From: Macrostomum lignano
Taxonomy: Eukaryota
Assembly: GCA_002269645.1 (NCBI GenBank)
Contig: NIVC01004866.1
Location: 1-32,907, forward strand
Direction: 5' to 3'
Length of the DNA: 32,907 nucleotides
Shown here: in pieces, positions 20,051 through 30,896 of the stretch
How the letters are laid out: each line of letters opens with the position of its first letter
Position numbering within the stretch: the first letter of the stretch is position 1
The notes under the pieces: generated by a model
Seen by the model: only the letters and a program-made list of their open reading frames with translations
What the model was told of the DNA's origin: nothing
Database searches by the model: none
Program-made: the position numbers and the translations under genes

Positions 20051-20726
20051 CAACGATACTGTACTGCATTTCTAGGATAGCAAGTCTGAGTGGCGATTCC
20101 CATTATTACGAGCGAAGATTTCTGAATCGCTTCTAGACTTGCTTTTCCACAATGGACTGTCAAGGGCCTTTATGTATTGGCCAGGTCTGGATGCGTTTTC
20201 ATTTTGGTTAATTGATTAATTAATGTGGTCCCCTTGTCGAGTATCTATGCCATTGTTAGCAGCTTGATTGTGCCCAGTCCGAAAGCAGTAGACTGCTTGA
20301 GTGGTTATAGGTACTTTGGATATTTTTGGCACAAAATACACCCTAGTTTCCATTCCATTTCGATGCCCTACAAATATAGTACTTTTCACTGGATTGCTGT
20401 CCACTGAGAGAAATAACTCAGCAAACATGGTATTGTGCTTCAGACCCACTTTATATAATTAGTATTTGTGACCGCTCCGCCAACCGTCAATTATCAAATA
20501 AAGAGAGCAAAAATTATTCCAGAGAGACATATCTGGTATTTCTACACACAAATCTATATTCTTGTATATATATGAAGGCTAAGACTAATCTTATCTCGTA
20601 CTTGTCTACCAATAGAGAACAATTGTCAGATGCAGGTAGCCACTGGGAAAATAATTGGCTATTGTCAACGCTAAACATTCGCACTCACATGTACGTGAAC
20701 AGTAAAATTTACTCAAGAGTCAAAGC

Positions 20727-20732
20727 TTTATT
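20727..20732 (-). terminator. Candidate polyadenylation signal of paralog B
   Basis: AATAAA on the minus strand about 30 bp after the stop codon at 20764. Confidence 0.4.
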
Positions 20733-20763
20733 GCACAATGGATACGTTGCTGCTGATGTTTAA

Positions 20764-22488
20764 TTATTCGGGAAGATCTCTTGACGATTGATGATTAGTC
20801 AATGCTGCCACACCAATCTTGTTTGTTACTCCACTTGTGTTCGAAGGTCTCCATTTTTTTAAGCTGACTGAGACGATGTCGAAGATAAGCTCGAACAGCT
20901 CGCACAGGGTGAGCAGAGACATTCCCAGGTAGATGCCCATGATGCCGCCGACGTCCGAGATGAAGTCCTGCAAACCGTAGTCGATCGAGAAGTTCATGCG
21001 ATCGCACAGAACTCGATGCGGCTTGAAGTGCACTTTGAGCATGTTGCTGCGGATGTATGATGACACGATCGACTCGTTTCCGTTCACGACGAGGTCGAGA
21101 GCCGGAACACTCAGATTCTTAGAGTTGGCCCTCATCCAAACAGGTTCGATGGAGCTGCTGACGAACGGCATCATTGAGCTCTGAGTGGGCCAGTCGGAAC
21201 TGGAGATGGTCGCGCTGTACTGCAGTGTGCTGCAAGGCTTCTTGGTTTTACATTTAGCGTTTGTTACTTTAGCAAACTGCTCCATGTTATAATTTGCTTT
21301 GTAAAATATCAAAAAGTTTGGCTCGTCAGTAAAATTCGTGACGAACTTTTTTCCACGCAGCGGCCACGGAAGTGGTCCGACAGCGTTTGACAGATTGACG
21401 AGCTGCTGCATCTGTCGGTGGAACTCGTAGTAGAAGCAGTACGAGTAGCTGTACGAGTGCTTGTACGGAGTCTCGTCGTACGGGTTCACGAACTGAACAT
21501 CAGGCGGGTCGCTCAGACAGTCGAACTGACCAGCCTTGTACACCTGCTGCGTCATGTCGATCTCGACGGTGTGGGACTTTCCGGGTCCCAGCGAGAACGA
21601 GCTCACGAAGTCGGACGGATACTCACCTGGAGGCGTGAGGAACACTTTCACACCTGCCTGTCTGTCGGGTCCGTTGTAGTCGGCGACATTGAGCGACCAG
21701 TCGGACACAGGAATGGGAGTTCGTCTTGCGTACACCATCTTGCGGATCGAGTGTCCGCTCGATGCGAGTCCTTGGAACGCCGAGTCCGTAACTAGGGTGA
21801 CCACAATGCCGGATGATGAGCCGGTCTGTACGATCCTTTGTTGCCACGTGCTGTTCAGAGTCCACTTGAGACAGCGCAAGTACATCGGGTGGTAGAAGGT
21901 CTGCGCTTCAGCGTCCTCGAAGTCAAGCATTCCGTAGTTGCTATTGAACTTTATGTCGCTTGAAATGACTGCCTGTTCGTGTCGGTGGGCCAGCGCGTCG
22001 ATTAAAAGTTTGTAAGATATCGACTGTGGAAAGACACTTGTAAAGTATTTTTTAAAATGTTTTGTTTCTCTGTCCAATTTTTTTAACTCGCGCGTTAGGG
22101 CAAAGTCGAAGCTGTTGAGCTGATGATTGATTGCAGCAGCCGATGCCTCATCCACAGTCGCAGAGTAGCTGCCAGAGATCGGGTTCTCGAAACAGGCGTA
22201 CACATCCGGGAACTGGAAGTTGAGGCCATTTCCTTCAAGCGTGCTCGTTACCTGCCGAGACTGCAGCTTGACAGCGAATTGGTAGAATCCGTAAAGGAAG
22301 AGGCTCGACATCAGCAGCATCAGGGTGAGCCAGAAAGCTCGCACAGCCAGAGGTTTGCTGCTGACAATTCTCGAGAACCCATGGGCCGAAGTTGAGGCCA
22401 TGGCCATCTTCAACTGTTGTTTCATTTTGATTTGAGAATAACTCGTACAGTTTTTTTGCAATATGAGCTTGAGTTCCTTTCGGTTCAT
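20764..22488 (-). CDS. DEG/ENaC subunit, paralog B, 574 aa, single-exon CDS
   Basis: Same motifs as paralog A (TSAHG, FPDVYAC, ISDVGG...GMS) in an uninterrupted ORF. The finger, thumb and tails are divergent. Confidence 0.93.
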   Translation of the reverse strand: MNRKELKLILQKNCTSYSQIKMKQQLKMAMASTSAHGFSRIVSSKPLAVRAFWLTLMLLMSSLFLYGFYQFAVKLQSRQVTSTLEGNGLNFQFPDVYACFENPISGSYSATVDEASAAAINHQLNSFDFALTRELKKLDRETKHFKKYFTSVFPQSISYKLLIDALAHRHEQAVISSDIKFNSNYGMLDFEDAEAQTFYHPMYLRCLKWTLNSTWQQRIVQTGSSSGIVVTLVTDSAFQGLASSGHSIRKMVYARRTPIPVSDWSLNVADYNGPDRQAGVKVFLTPPGEYPSDFVSSFSLGPGKSHTVEIDMTQQVYKAGQFDCLSDPPDVQFVNPYDETPYKHSYSYSYCFYYEFHRQMQQLVNLSNAVGPLPWPLRGKKFVTNFTDEPNFLIFYKANYNMEQFAKVTNAKCKTKKPCSTLQYSATISSSDWPTQSSMMPFVSSSIEPVWMRANSKNLSVPALDLVVNGNESIVSSYIRSNMLKVHFKPHRVLCDRMNFSIDYGLQDFISDVGGIMGIYLGMSLLTLCELFELIFDIVSVSLKKWRPSNTSGVTNKIGVAALTNHQSSRDLPE

Positions 22489-23547
22489 TTGTCGCTTTTA
22501 AATCGTCTCGCAACAGTATAGTGGGTGGTGTGCTGTTTGACGAACTAATGGCGTTTTGTTTGGCTATTTTTTGAGTGGGAAGTACACTGCTATCGCTTAA
22601 ATAGTGCAACTGATCTATAAAGCGCTGGAAAAGACTTCTGAAATTGTATCTTGGGAAAATACGAGAATTATTTAAAATGACTATGGGGGCTTTGGCTATG
22701 GAAAAATTTAAAGGTAAGAATTAATCATTACAGCACATCAGTGACAGTGTTAAAGCTTTTATCAAGTTTCAGCTGCACGCTGATATGTCAATATTTGGTG
22801 AGCTTTTCGATTTAACGTATTATTGCTTTTCCGTTTGCTTGGCCAGCCGCTCTTAGCAAACTGTAGCTAATTGCTGCTGCCAAAAGTGACTTGTTATTTG
22901 AGTGTAAATTCCTGCATTGCTATCTATTAAAAGCTTCCCTCCATCGGACGCAACCAGCAACCAGGTAAAAAGCTTTTTATTTGACAGGCAGCACACAGCT
23001 TAAGCTGATGGAAAATTATTAGATTGGGGGAAACTGAGGGATGAGACAAGACAGGGGAGAGGGAAGATAAAAGAGGAGAGGAGATTAGAGAAAAAGAGCA
23101 CGCTTTTTCTATTGTAAAAGCAAACTCAACAACGGAATTAATAATCTTTGCGCACTCGTGTCTAGATCGTTGCTGCACTCAAAAGCCGTGCACCATGTCT
23201 CCACTGGTGAACGCCCGAAATGTTTGTATAGTCTAAAGCAGACAGTTTGAAGAGTTAGCAGTCACACCAAACGTGTGACTGTCAACAATTATGAATGAAA
23301 TTGATCTTGAAATAGATGGGCGCTTCGAAGTTTTGGCGGGGCGCTAAAAATCAATGACTATACTCACCGACTCTATAGGACCGCCGAAACTAAATAGCCA
23401 GAAGTAATAAAATACGACTTGTAAACTCACTACGGTCAACTTTACTAAACAATCGAAGATTGTGCCTGGTTTTGTTTGGGCCACAAACGATTGCGTCGAC
23501 GGAAATTGTGAACTAAGTAAATTTTTGCGCGCCTTTCAGGCATCGAA

Positions 23548-23672
23548 ACAGGAATACAACAGATTGCTTATCTGCGAATAGTCTATGGTCAAGCCGCCCT
23601 CCATCTTTGGATATTCCCAACGGTTATATTTGGATATACCCATTTGCAGATGAGCAATCTGTGTATTCCTGT
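23548..23672. mobile_element. Small MITE-like element with ~31-bp imperfect terminal inverted repeats
   Basis: ACAGGAATACAACAGATTGCTTATCTGCGAAT (23548-23579) is the inverted match of ATTTGCAGATGAGCAATCTGTGTATTCCTGT (23642-23672). No clean TSD. Confidence 0.6.
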
Positions 23673-25186
23673 ATCAATGCGTTTGCAATGATATTTTTTA
23701 TTCGATACAACAAAGCTGAATAAACAGATTACGAAAACGGTAACACAGCCTGCAGCACAGCAGTATCCATTGCGGATACGTCAGCCGAAGAAATATCTTT
23801 AGACGTTACACTCACATCGGCCGAATTGCATGGTTTGTTCCGCATGGGATCCTCGGGGTAAGCCTCTTCTTCGCTTGGCAGTGGTGGCAGAGCATCATCG
23901 TTACCGCATTCAATGAATCGGATGAACTCCATCAACTCTTAGTCATCCGCCTCGTCACGTCCACCCATACTCAAGTCGCTGAGAAAGTTGACCTCATTTC
24001 CATTCAAGCCGTCAATGCTTTCAATCGGCAAATTCGACCAATTTATCATTCGTATGAGTGGCATGAATAGAGGTTAGGGCAAACAGGAGAAACAGGAACA
24101 TGTATCCTCTGCTGCAGAGTTCCAGCTTATAAGACCACAACTTCATTTAACATGTTTCGTCTATGGTAATTTCAGACTGTTCCGCTTAACTTTTCGTTCC
24201 AGACGTTTATTCTATGGCCATCATTTGGCTTGCACCAAGTGGAAAATGCCTATGACACAAATCCCTAGAATCGCTTAGTGAACAATTCCCGTCTGGGAAG
24301 TTGTGTCCTAGCCGTTTTGAATTGGTTTTTTGGACGAAAATAGACACAATTCCACTATCGAGAGGTCACGCTTCACACACAACTGCCATAGCGTCGAGGC
24401 CGGTAGGTTCTCCTCCTTGTCCTCGTGTTTTCTATGTAAGAAAGGTCAAATATAGCGTATAATCTTTGCCTGGTTCTGGCCATAGACATTGTGCAGCATT
24501 TGCAACAATTTGGCTTTATTGGTGTACCCCTAAAAACCCCATTCAAAATGATAGTCGTACAATGATCTACGAGTTTTTGCAATCAAAAAACTACTCAAGT
24601 ATCTGCGGTATCTACCGAGTTTAAAAAATATCGAAGTTAAATTCAATCGTGGTGTTGCTTCCTTTTACAGTAAATAATAGGAAACCCATTTCGGCCACAA
24701 TAGCATTATTTGCCGGAATTGTTAAATGTAGATTGTGTTGTGTTTTTAGTTATAGTGAAGTTCACGTAGACTCTCAGGTCTCGCTTAATATGTTTATACT
24801 CATGCGCGTTGACAACAGTGTTACGCAGTCAAACGAACGATACTCATAATTGAACGCACGATGCATATAAGGTAATTGAACAGCCATGTATACATTCTAG
24901 CCCCAAAGTTAGTCAGTTAGTTAAAACACTTGGACCCGATATGGACAGTTACTACAGATTGTGTATATGGTTGCTAGCCGGCTGGGATCCTTTTGCAGCA
25001 ACCGCATATGTCATGGTCATAAAATATAAAGGGAACCATAACAATCTACGAGATGCCCTTTTCCAGAAGTTATAGCAATACTAAGGTTCAGCCGCTACAC
25101 TGATTGCTGCAGGAAAAAGGGAAAATACGAGTACATGCTGACATTGCTCATAATATACGAACGTACACACACCTTTCTCAAACAGA

Positions 25187-25333
25187 TGTCATAGCTGCTC
25201 GAAAGCCTGCGGTCCTCCTCTTCCATGGCTTGTCCTTCTTTAGCAGTTTGATGAGGGGCTCCGCAAGCCTGGAGAGGCTGGGAATGAAGTTGCCAATGTA
25301 CTTCACGAAACGAGCCACTTCCTTGGCTTCAGT
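25187..25333 (-). mobile_element. Short Ty3/gypsy pol remnant (RT thumb/connection region) of a second family
   Basis: Minus-strand translation TEAKEVARFVKYIGNFIPSLSRLAEPLIKLLKKDKPW matches the gypsy motif FIPxLSxxAxPLxxLLKKD..W. Confidence 0.7.
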
Positions 25334-25705
25334 ATTTTTGAATTGGTCAACATATTATTCTTCAATTTCAAAAAATCATCAAAAATTCCAAGAAAGATCT
25401 ACCTGAAGGCAGCCATCAAAACAAAAATTTATCACGATAAAAATATTAGCAACAACAACAAAAACAAAATGCGCACGCCGTTATTGGGCCGCACTTCTAA
25501 AACAGTCAGGTCCCCCAGTCAGAGTCAGAATAGGGGCTCTCGCATCCCTCAGAAGCAGCTCGGAGTAGGTGATGAGGTCAATCGCTCATCTTTCAGAAGT
25601 CAATGGGATCAAATTCTTGCACGCTTAATCCAACAAATAAAACGCGTTTATTTACTACTGTTGTAGGATATTTCAACGCCATGTCAGATTAAAAAAATCT
25701 TTAAT

Positions 25706-27424
25706 TCAAGGCTCGCTTGAGATGCTGCTGATGCTGAGGCTCTTTGTAGACTGTTTTGGCGGCGGCGCGTGACTCTTTTTTCTGACTCCCAACTGCTGGA
25801 TTGAAGAAGCTGCCGGCTTGGAGCTTGACGCTCTTGCTTTCTTCCTGCCAAAGGAGGCGATGTCGAAGATAAGCTCAAACAGCTCGCACAGGGTGAGCAG
25901 AGACATTCCCAGGTAGATGCCCATGATGCCGCCGACGTCCGAGATGAAGTCCTGCAAACCGTAGTCGATCGAGAAGTTCATCCGATCGCACAGAACTCGA
26001 TGCGGCTTGAAGTGTACTTTGAGCATGTTGCTGCGGATGTATGAGGACACGATCGACTCGTTTCCGTTCACGACGAGGTCGAGAGCCGGAACACTCAGAT
26101 TCTTAGACTTGGCCTTCATCCAAACAGGCTTGATGGAGCTGCTGACGAACGGCATCATTGAGCTCTGAGTGGGCCAGTCGGAACTGGAGATGGTCGCGCT
26201 GTACTGCAGTGTGCTGCAAAGTCGTTTAGCTTTACATGTCTCTTTCGATTTTACGTCGATCTGACTGGTGAGAGGTTCCAGAGATGGGTCGCTAAAAAAT
26301 ACCAAGAAGTTTGGATCACCTGTAAGGTTAAGTGCGAACTTCTTTCCACGCAGAGGCCACGGAAGAGGACCGGCATCGCTTGACAGATTGACGAGCTGCT
26401 GCATCTGTCGGTGGAACTCGTAGTAGAAGCAGTACGAGTAGCTGTACGAGTGCTTGTATGGAGTCTCGTCATACGGGTTCACGAACTGAACGTCCGGCGG
26501 GTCGCTCAGACAGTCGAACTGACCAGCCTTGTACACCTGCTGCGTCATGTGGCATGTGACCACGTCAGGTGTGGGACTTTCCGGGTCCCAGCGAGAAAGA
26601 GCTCACGAAATCGGACGGATACTCACCTGAAGGCGTGAGGAACACTTTCACACCTGCCTGTCTGTCGGGTCCGTTGTAGTCGGCGACATTGAGCGACCAG
26701 TCGGACACAGGAATGGGAGTTCGTCTTGCGTACACCATCTTTTGGATCGAGTGTCCGCTTGATGCGAGTCCTTGGAACGACGAGTCCGTAACCAGGGTGA
26801 CCACAATACCGGATGATGAGCCGGTCTGTACGATCTTTTGTTGCCACGTGCTGTTCAGAGTCCACCTGAGACAGCGCAAGTACATCGGATGGTAGAAGGT
26901 CTGCGCTTTGATGGACACATATTCGGCCATTCCGTAACCTGTTTTAAACTTGAAGTCACTCGTGATGATGCTCTGTTCGTTTCGGTGAGCCAGAGCATCA
27001 ATCAACAGCTGATATGATATTGACTGAGGATAGGAACGTGAGAGCGTCATCTCTTGGGTGTAGCGTCCATTGATCCGTTTCTTTGAAGTTTTCGCCGTAG
27101 GAGTGTTTGAGAGCCAATGAGCTGAGCGTTGATTGCAGCAGCCGATGCCTCATCAATAGTAGCAGAGTAGCTGCCAGAGATCGGGTTCTCGAAACAGGCG
27201 TACACATCCGGGAACTGGAAGTTGAGACTGTTTCCATCAAGCGAGCTGGTGACCTGCCGAGACTGCAGCTTGACAACGAATTGGTAGAATCCGTAAAAGA
27301 AGAGTCCCGACATCAGCAGCATCAGGATGAGCCAGAAAGCTCGCACAATCAGCGGTTTGCTGCTCACTACTCTGGGTAGTCCGTGTACTGATGTTGAAGC
27401 CATGGCTTTCTTGACTTGCTGCAT
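25706..27424 (-). pseudogene. DEG/ENaC paralog C, disrupted
   Basis: Full-length homolog. It has a 1-bp homopolymer loss near 27055 (possible assembly error) and a 10-to-17-bp replacement at 26551-26567 that introduces an in-frame TGA and a frameshift. Confidence 0.85.
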
Positions 27425-28296
27425 GCTTGATTTTTCTGGGTTTTAATTTTTTGAATGCGAAGCTTCCTCTCTGACCGGGATGACTTGCTATTTTTGTGAT
27501 GCTTTTTTAACCATTTGGCGATCGCCTCCGTTCTTCGCCCCCCGGCGGACGGCTCATTGTGCATTGTCTGATCGCATATCTATGTAAAGTACATTGCTCA
27601 ATGCTCAATATCGGCACCGAACAAATCTTCTAAATAAATATTATGGCTCCGCCCATGTGGAGGCTTTGAGCTTTTTCTACATTTTTTAACTTTCTTTTTT
27701 CGTCGGAGTCCGCCATTCATTTTCGCCACTGCTGTACCACTCACATGAAAATCAATTCTATTGAACTTGAAAGTGACTGGTCATACGCAGACAAGTCTGC
27801 TGAAGTTAAAATATGGGTTGCATTGTAACACTGCAACTATTTACTCAGCTAGACGTTGCTCACAAAAAATACGAACGTATTGTACAGCACCTTTTACAAA
27901 CAGATGCCATTGAAACAGACTTAGTAAAAGGCTTTTTGGTATAGAGAAAGTGCATTTTGCTGGTTGAAGCCACATAAACGCATTGGAAGCAGGGCAAACG
28001 ATAGAACCTTAAATCAATACTCTTTTGGAACAAATGGTTTCAAAAAGATCCCACTGAATTATGGATATGCTATGAAAATTTGCTGTGCTACTGCAAACGC
28101 ACTGTGTAAAATTAAAATCAACTATTTATCAGAGAGCGAGAGTTGTGTCCATCAACTTGGGAAGAGAGCCAAAGCGATTTTGGGAGTGTTTGTACAGCTT
28201 AGAGATCGCGATTTATGAGTAGCAGCCAAAATTAAATCTTAGCAAAGTTTTGAAACACTGCATTATAAGTGCAGCACACTAGAGCTCTGAAGAAGA

Positions 28297-28568
28297 ATGC
28301 AGCAAGTACTGGATGCCACAGCATCTTCCGAAACAGACCGACTGTCACGGGTTGGAAGCAAGACGCTGTACGAGCGTATATGCGATTGGAAACAGGTGGT
28401 GGAAACAGGTTGAACTTCCAGTTTTCCTGTAAGCTTTTTGTTATGAGAACCCGATCTCTGGTAGCTACTCTGCGACTGTGGATGAGGCATCAGCCGCTGC
28501 AATCAATGCTCAGCTCAGTGGCTCGCAAGTTGTAATGAGGCGAGGCTTTCAATGCTTGGGTACGTCAG
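28297..28568 (+). pseudogene. Inverted DEG/ENaC 5' fragment (paralog D) lacking TM1
   Basis: MQQVLDATASSETDRLSRVGSK aligns to MQQVKKAMASTSVHGLPRVVSSK. After a deletion spanning TM1, 28445-28528 matches C 27107-27190 at 75/84 nt, mostly at synonymous sites. Confidence 0.8.
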
Positions 28569-29390
28569 TGTTACGTTTTCTACTTCAACAATTATTACAT
28601 CCTCAAGGCTATCATCGGACATAAAAGTATAAGTCGAAGAAGCTTTGTTTAGAGTACCGCGATTCACGGCTTATATTTGCCTCTAACGAGCTCACACAGA
28701 TGATTGTTCTTTGCGGTACTGTAGTATTCGGCTCTTAAGGTAATAAAAGGTCCTACCCTAGACAATAGACATGCAGAGAGAACTAAAGTCCGTTTAGTTT
28801 TTGTCTATACACAACATTCCCCTTTGTCAATATTTTTTCTCCGGATCTGCATGCTTTAACTATACTGTAGGCGATCCGATTTCTCAGCTTGCTTCGATCG
28901 CTCAGTATCCTTGTAGGCTCTCCTCTGGTCCCGCCTGAGATTCTCCTCGGCTTGGGACGTCTTAGACCCGCTGAGTTGATTCACTCTCTCGCCGCTCTTT
29001 CTCGGTAGTAGTTTGGTCGCTCTGAACTCTCCTAGGATCCTCCAGAATAGTTCAGAGAGTAGTTCAAATGATAGATGACGAGCCTGGACACAACGGTTTG
29101 TTGTGTCCAGGTAATTCTGCTCTGACGATTTGGTCGACGTGTCGCTTCCAGGCTTGTCCGTTGACCAACAGTGCGGACGATCACCTTGGCAGAAATCCAC
29201 CTATTCTCTCGCTCCCTTCTGAAGTCCAACGTCAGAACTGAGTCTCCTTGGATGCAACCGACGCAGAGTTGAACAATAAAGATTGGAGTCAGGTGAATGA
29301 AGAGCTGTCTTTTCATGAGCTGTAGCTCGCATACAAGCTAGACCGCTTGCTCCCTCGAGCTAAGACTTAAATTGGCGCAGTACTGCGCTT
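28569..29390 (-). mobile_element. Decayed 3' end of a Ty3/gypsy element (integrase C-terminus, PPT, probable 3' LTR 28569-28816)
   Basis: The minus strand has QGDSVLTLDFRRE..NRWISAKVI (SH3-like integrase tail) and ERSKQAEKSDRLQYS*. A PPT-like AAAGGGGAA (28817-28825) is directly followed by TGTTGTG, and the putative LTR ends ...GTAACA at 28569. There is no second LTR to confirm the boundary. Confidence 0.55.
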
Positions 29391-29662
29391 TGCAATGTGC
29401 TTTTCTGTTCTGATCTCTGTTTACGTTTTTATATTTTTCACTGCATTTGTTTTGTATTTTCTTGTTATTTTTCTATTATATATTCAGCAGTTAAGAACGT
29501 GTATCTTTTTTTCAACAGCTTACCAGCATCAAAATTTATCAGCACAAAACTTCTTAGTCTGTAGAATTTTCTTTAATTGATTATTGAATAAGAGCAAGGC
29601 GGTGGTTCATTCAGTTATTTATCAACGGTACTTAGATCAAAGAGAAAACAAGGGAGAGTGAG

Positions 29663-29922
29663 TGATTTGTTTCACTGCCGCCGCCGTGTATTTATAGCTT
29701 TGTTATTGTCTTCCGGAAATTTCTAGAAAGATTTAGCTAATTTTAAAAAAGCGAAATAACCCTTTAATTATATACATTACGTAAATATAATTAGAACATT
29801 AATACTTAAGTGATAATTAATTATTTACTATTTATATGCGTATGTTATAAATTAGCTGCTAACTCAAAGAAGTTTCTGGAAATAGTTTTTGACTTTTAGA
29901 AATCTGAAGAAATTTCGGGAAA
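29663..29922 (-). promoter_or_regulatory. Heat-shock-type core promoter: three perfect HSEs, TATA box and Inr-like start
   Basis: 4-unit HSE at 29710-29729 (TTC/GAA/TTC/GAA at 29711/16/21/26) and 3-unit HSEs at 29868-29882 and 29908-29922. TATAAATA lies at 29689-29696 (minus) and TCACTC near 29663. Confidence 0.7.
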
Positions 29923-30896
29923 GTCATTAAAGTACGCTACAAGTCTATTTTTTGTCCTGAGAAAGGGCACATAAACTGCATGTGCCGCTGTCCAATATTG
30001 GATAATCTACTGCGATGCATTAGGCTGTAGTATTGAAGTATTGAATTTACATTTAGCAAAACGTCATGACGTCATTCGTGATCTACATGTACAAATCGCA
30101 CACAGTGAATCAAATCACGGAGTACATTTGCTCATCATGTAAAGTAAATTAAACGAGAAAGTAAATTCACTTAGGCAAAGTAAATTAACCTGCTGAACGC
30201 ATGGTGCCGGCTAGGCAAATTACCTTTCAGCAGTAAATTTGCTCCCAGGAAGATTTTGCGGGAGAATAATTTGCCGAAATTTACTTCACCAGCGCAGCAG
30301 CGGCGTCAGTTAATTTACGTTAATAAACGTTAATCGCGTGACGAAATTTATTATTGTTTGAAAGTTAATTAACCATTAAGCTACATGTATTAGTTATAAC
30401 CCTCAATATTAACCCTCGTTTTAAAGGGGCAATAAAATTTTGTGCTGAGAAAATAAAGACTTCCTGTCTACGTAGTGTATTTTTCGGCGAAAATTGGCCT
30501 TCAAAACTTTTTCCGTGAAACGTGATCCTCGCTTCCTGCATATACGCTGCTTGTCCTAGTCTAAGCAAGGCTTAACCTGTTCGGTTTAGAGCTAAATAAA
30601 AAATTCAAGTTCGAATTTCTGAAAAGGCATTATGAATGACGAGCATTTCTAACCAGGACAAAGAGGAAAAGAGAACAGATTATCATGTGCAGCTATTTTA
30701 ATGTTAATAGAAGTTTGTCATTAACCCTTATTTTGTATCGCCTCAAAAGAACCGGCAAAGCTATACTCGTACTCCAGGAAAGAAGAGAACTAAATAATTG
30801 ACTAATATTTGCATATTGCTTGAGATCTGCATAACAGTACATGTACTATTACAATAATAGCTTCCTTCAACAGCAGATACTTCCTCACGGAGGATG

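Noticed and set aside
27425-27564. Possible 46-aa basic N-terminal extension of paralogs C and E from an upstream ATG (27564; 32698 in E)
   Set aside because: It is out of frame in both copies (140 and 136 nt versus the 138 needed), the differences between them are mostly non-synonymous, and the candidate TATA in E would put the start site downstream of that ATG. It is worth rechecking only after polishing.
30604-30623. Additional HSE (TTCAAGTTCGAATTTCTGAA)
   Set aside because: The GAA/TTC triplets are spaced 3-4 or 6 nt rather than the required 5-nt register.
30409-30730. piggyBac-like TTAACCC ends at 30409 and about 30722
   Set aside because: Both are in the same orientation, with no matching inverted end or transposase sequence, in AT-rich DNA where they can occur by chance.
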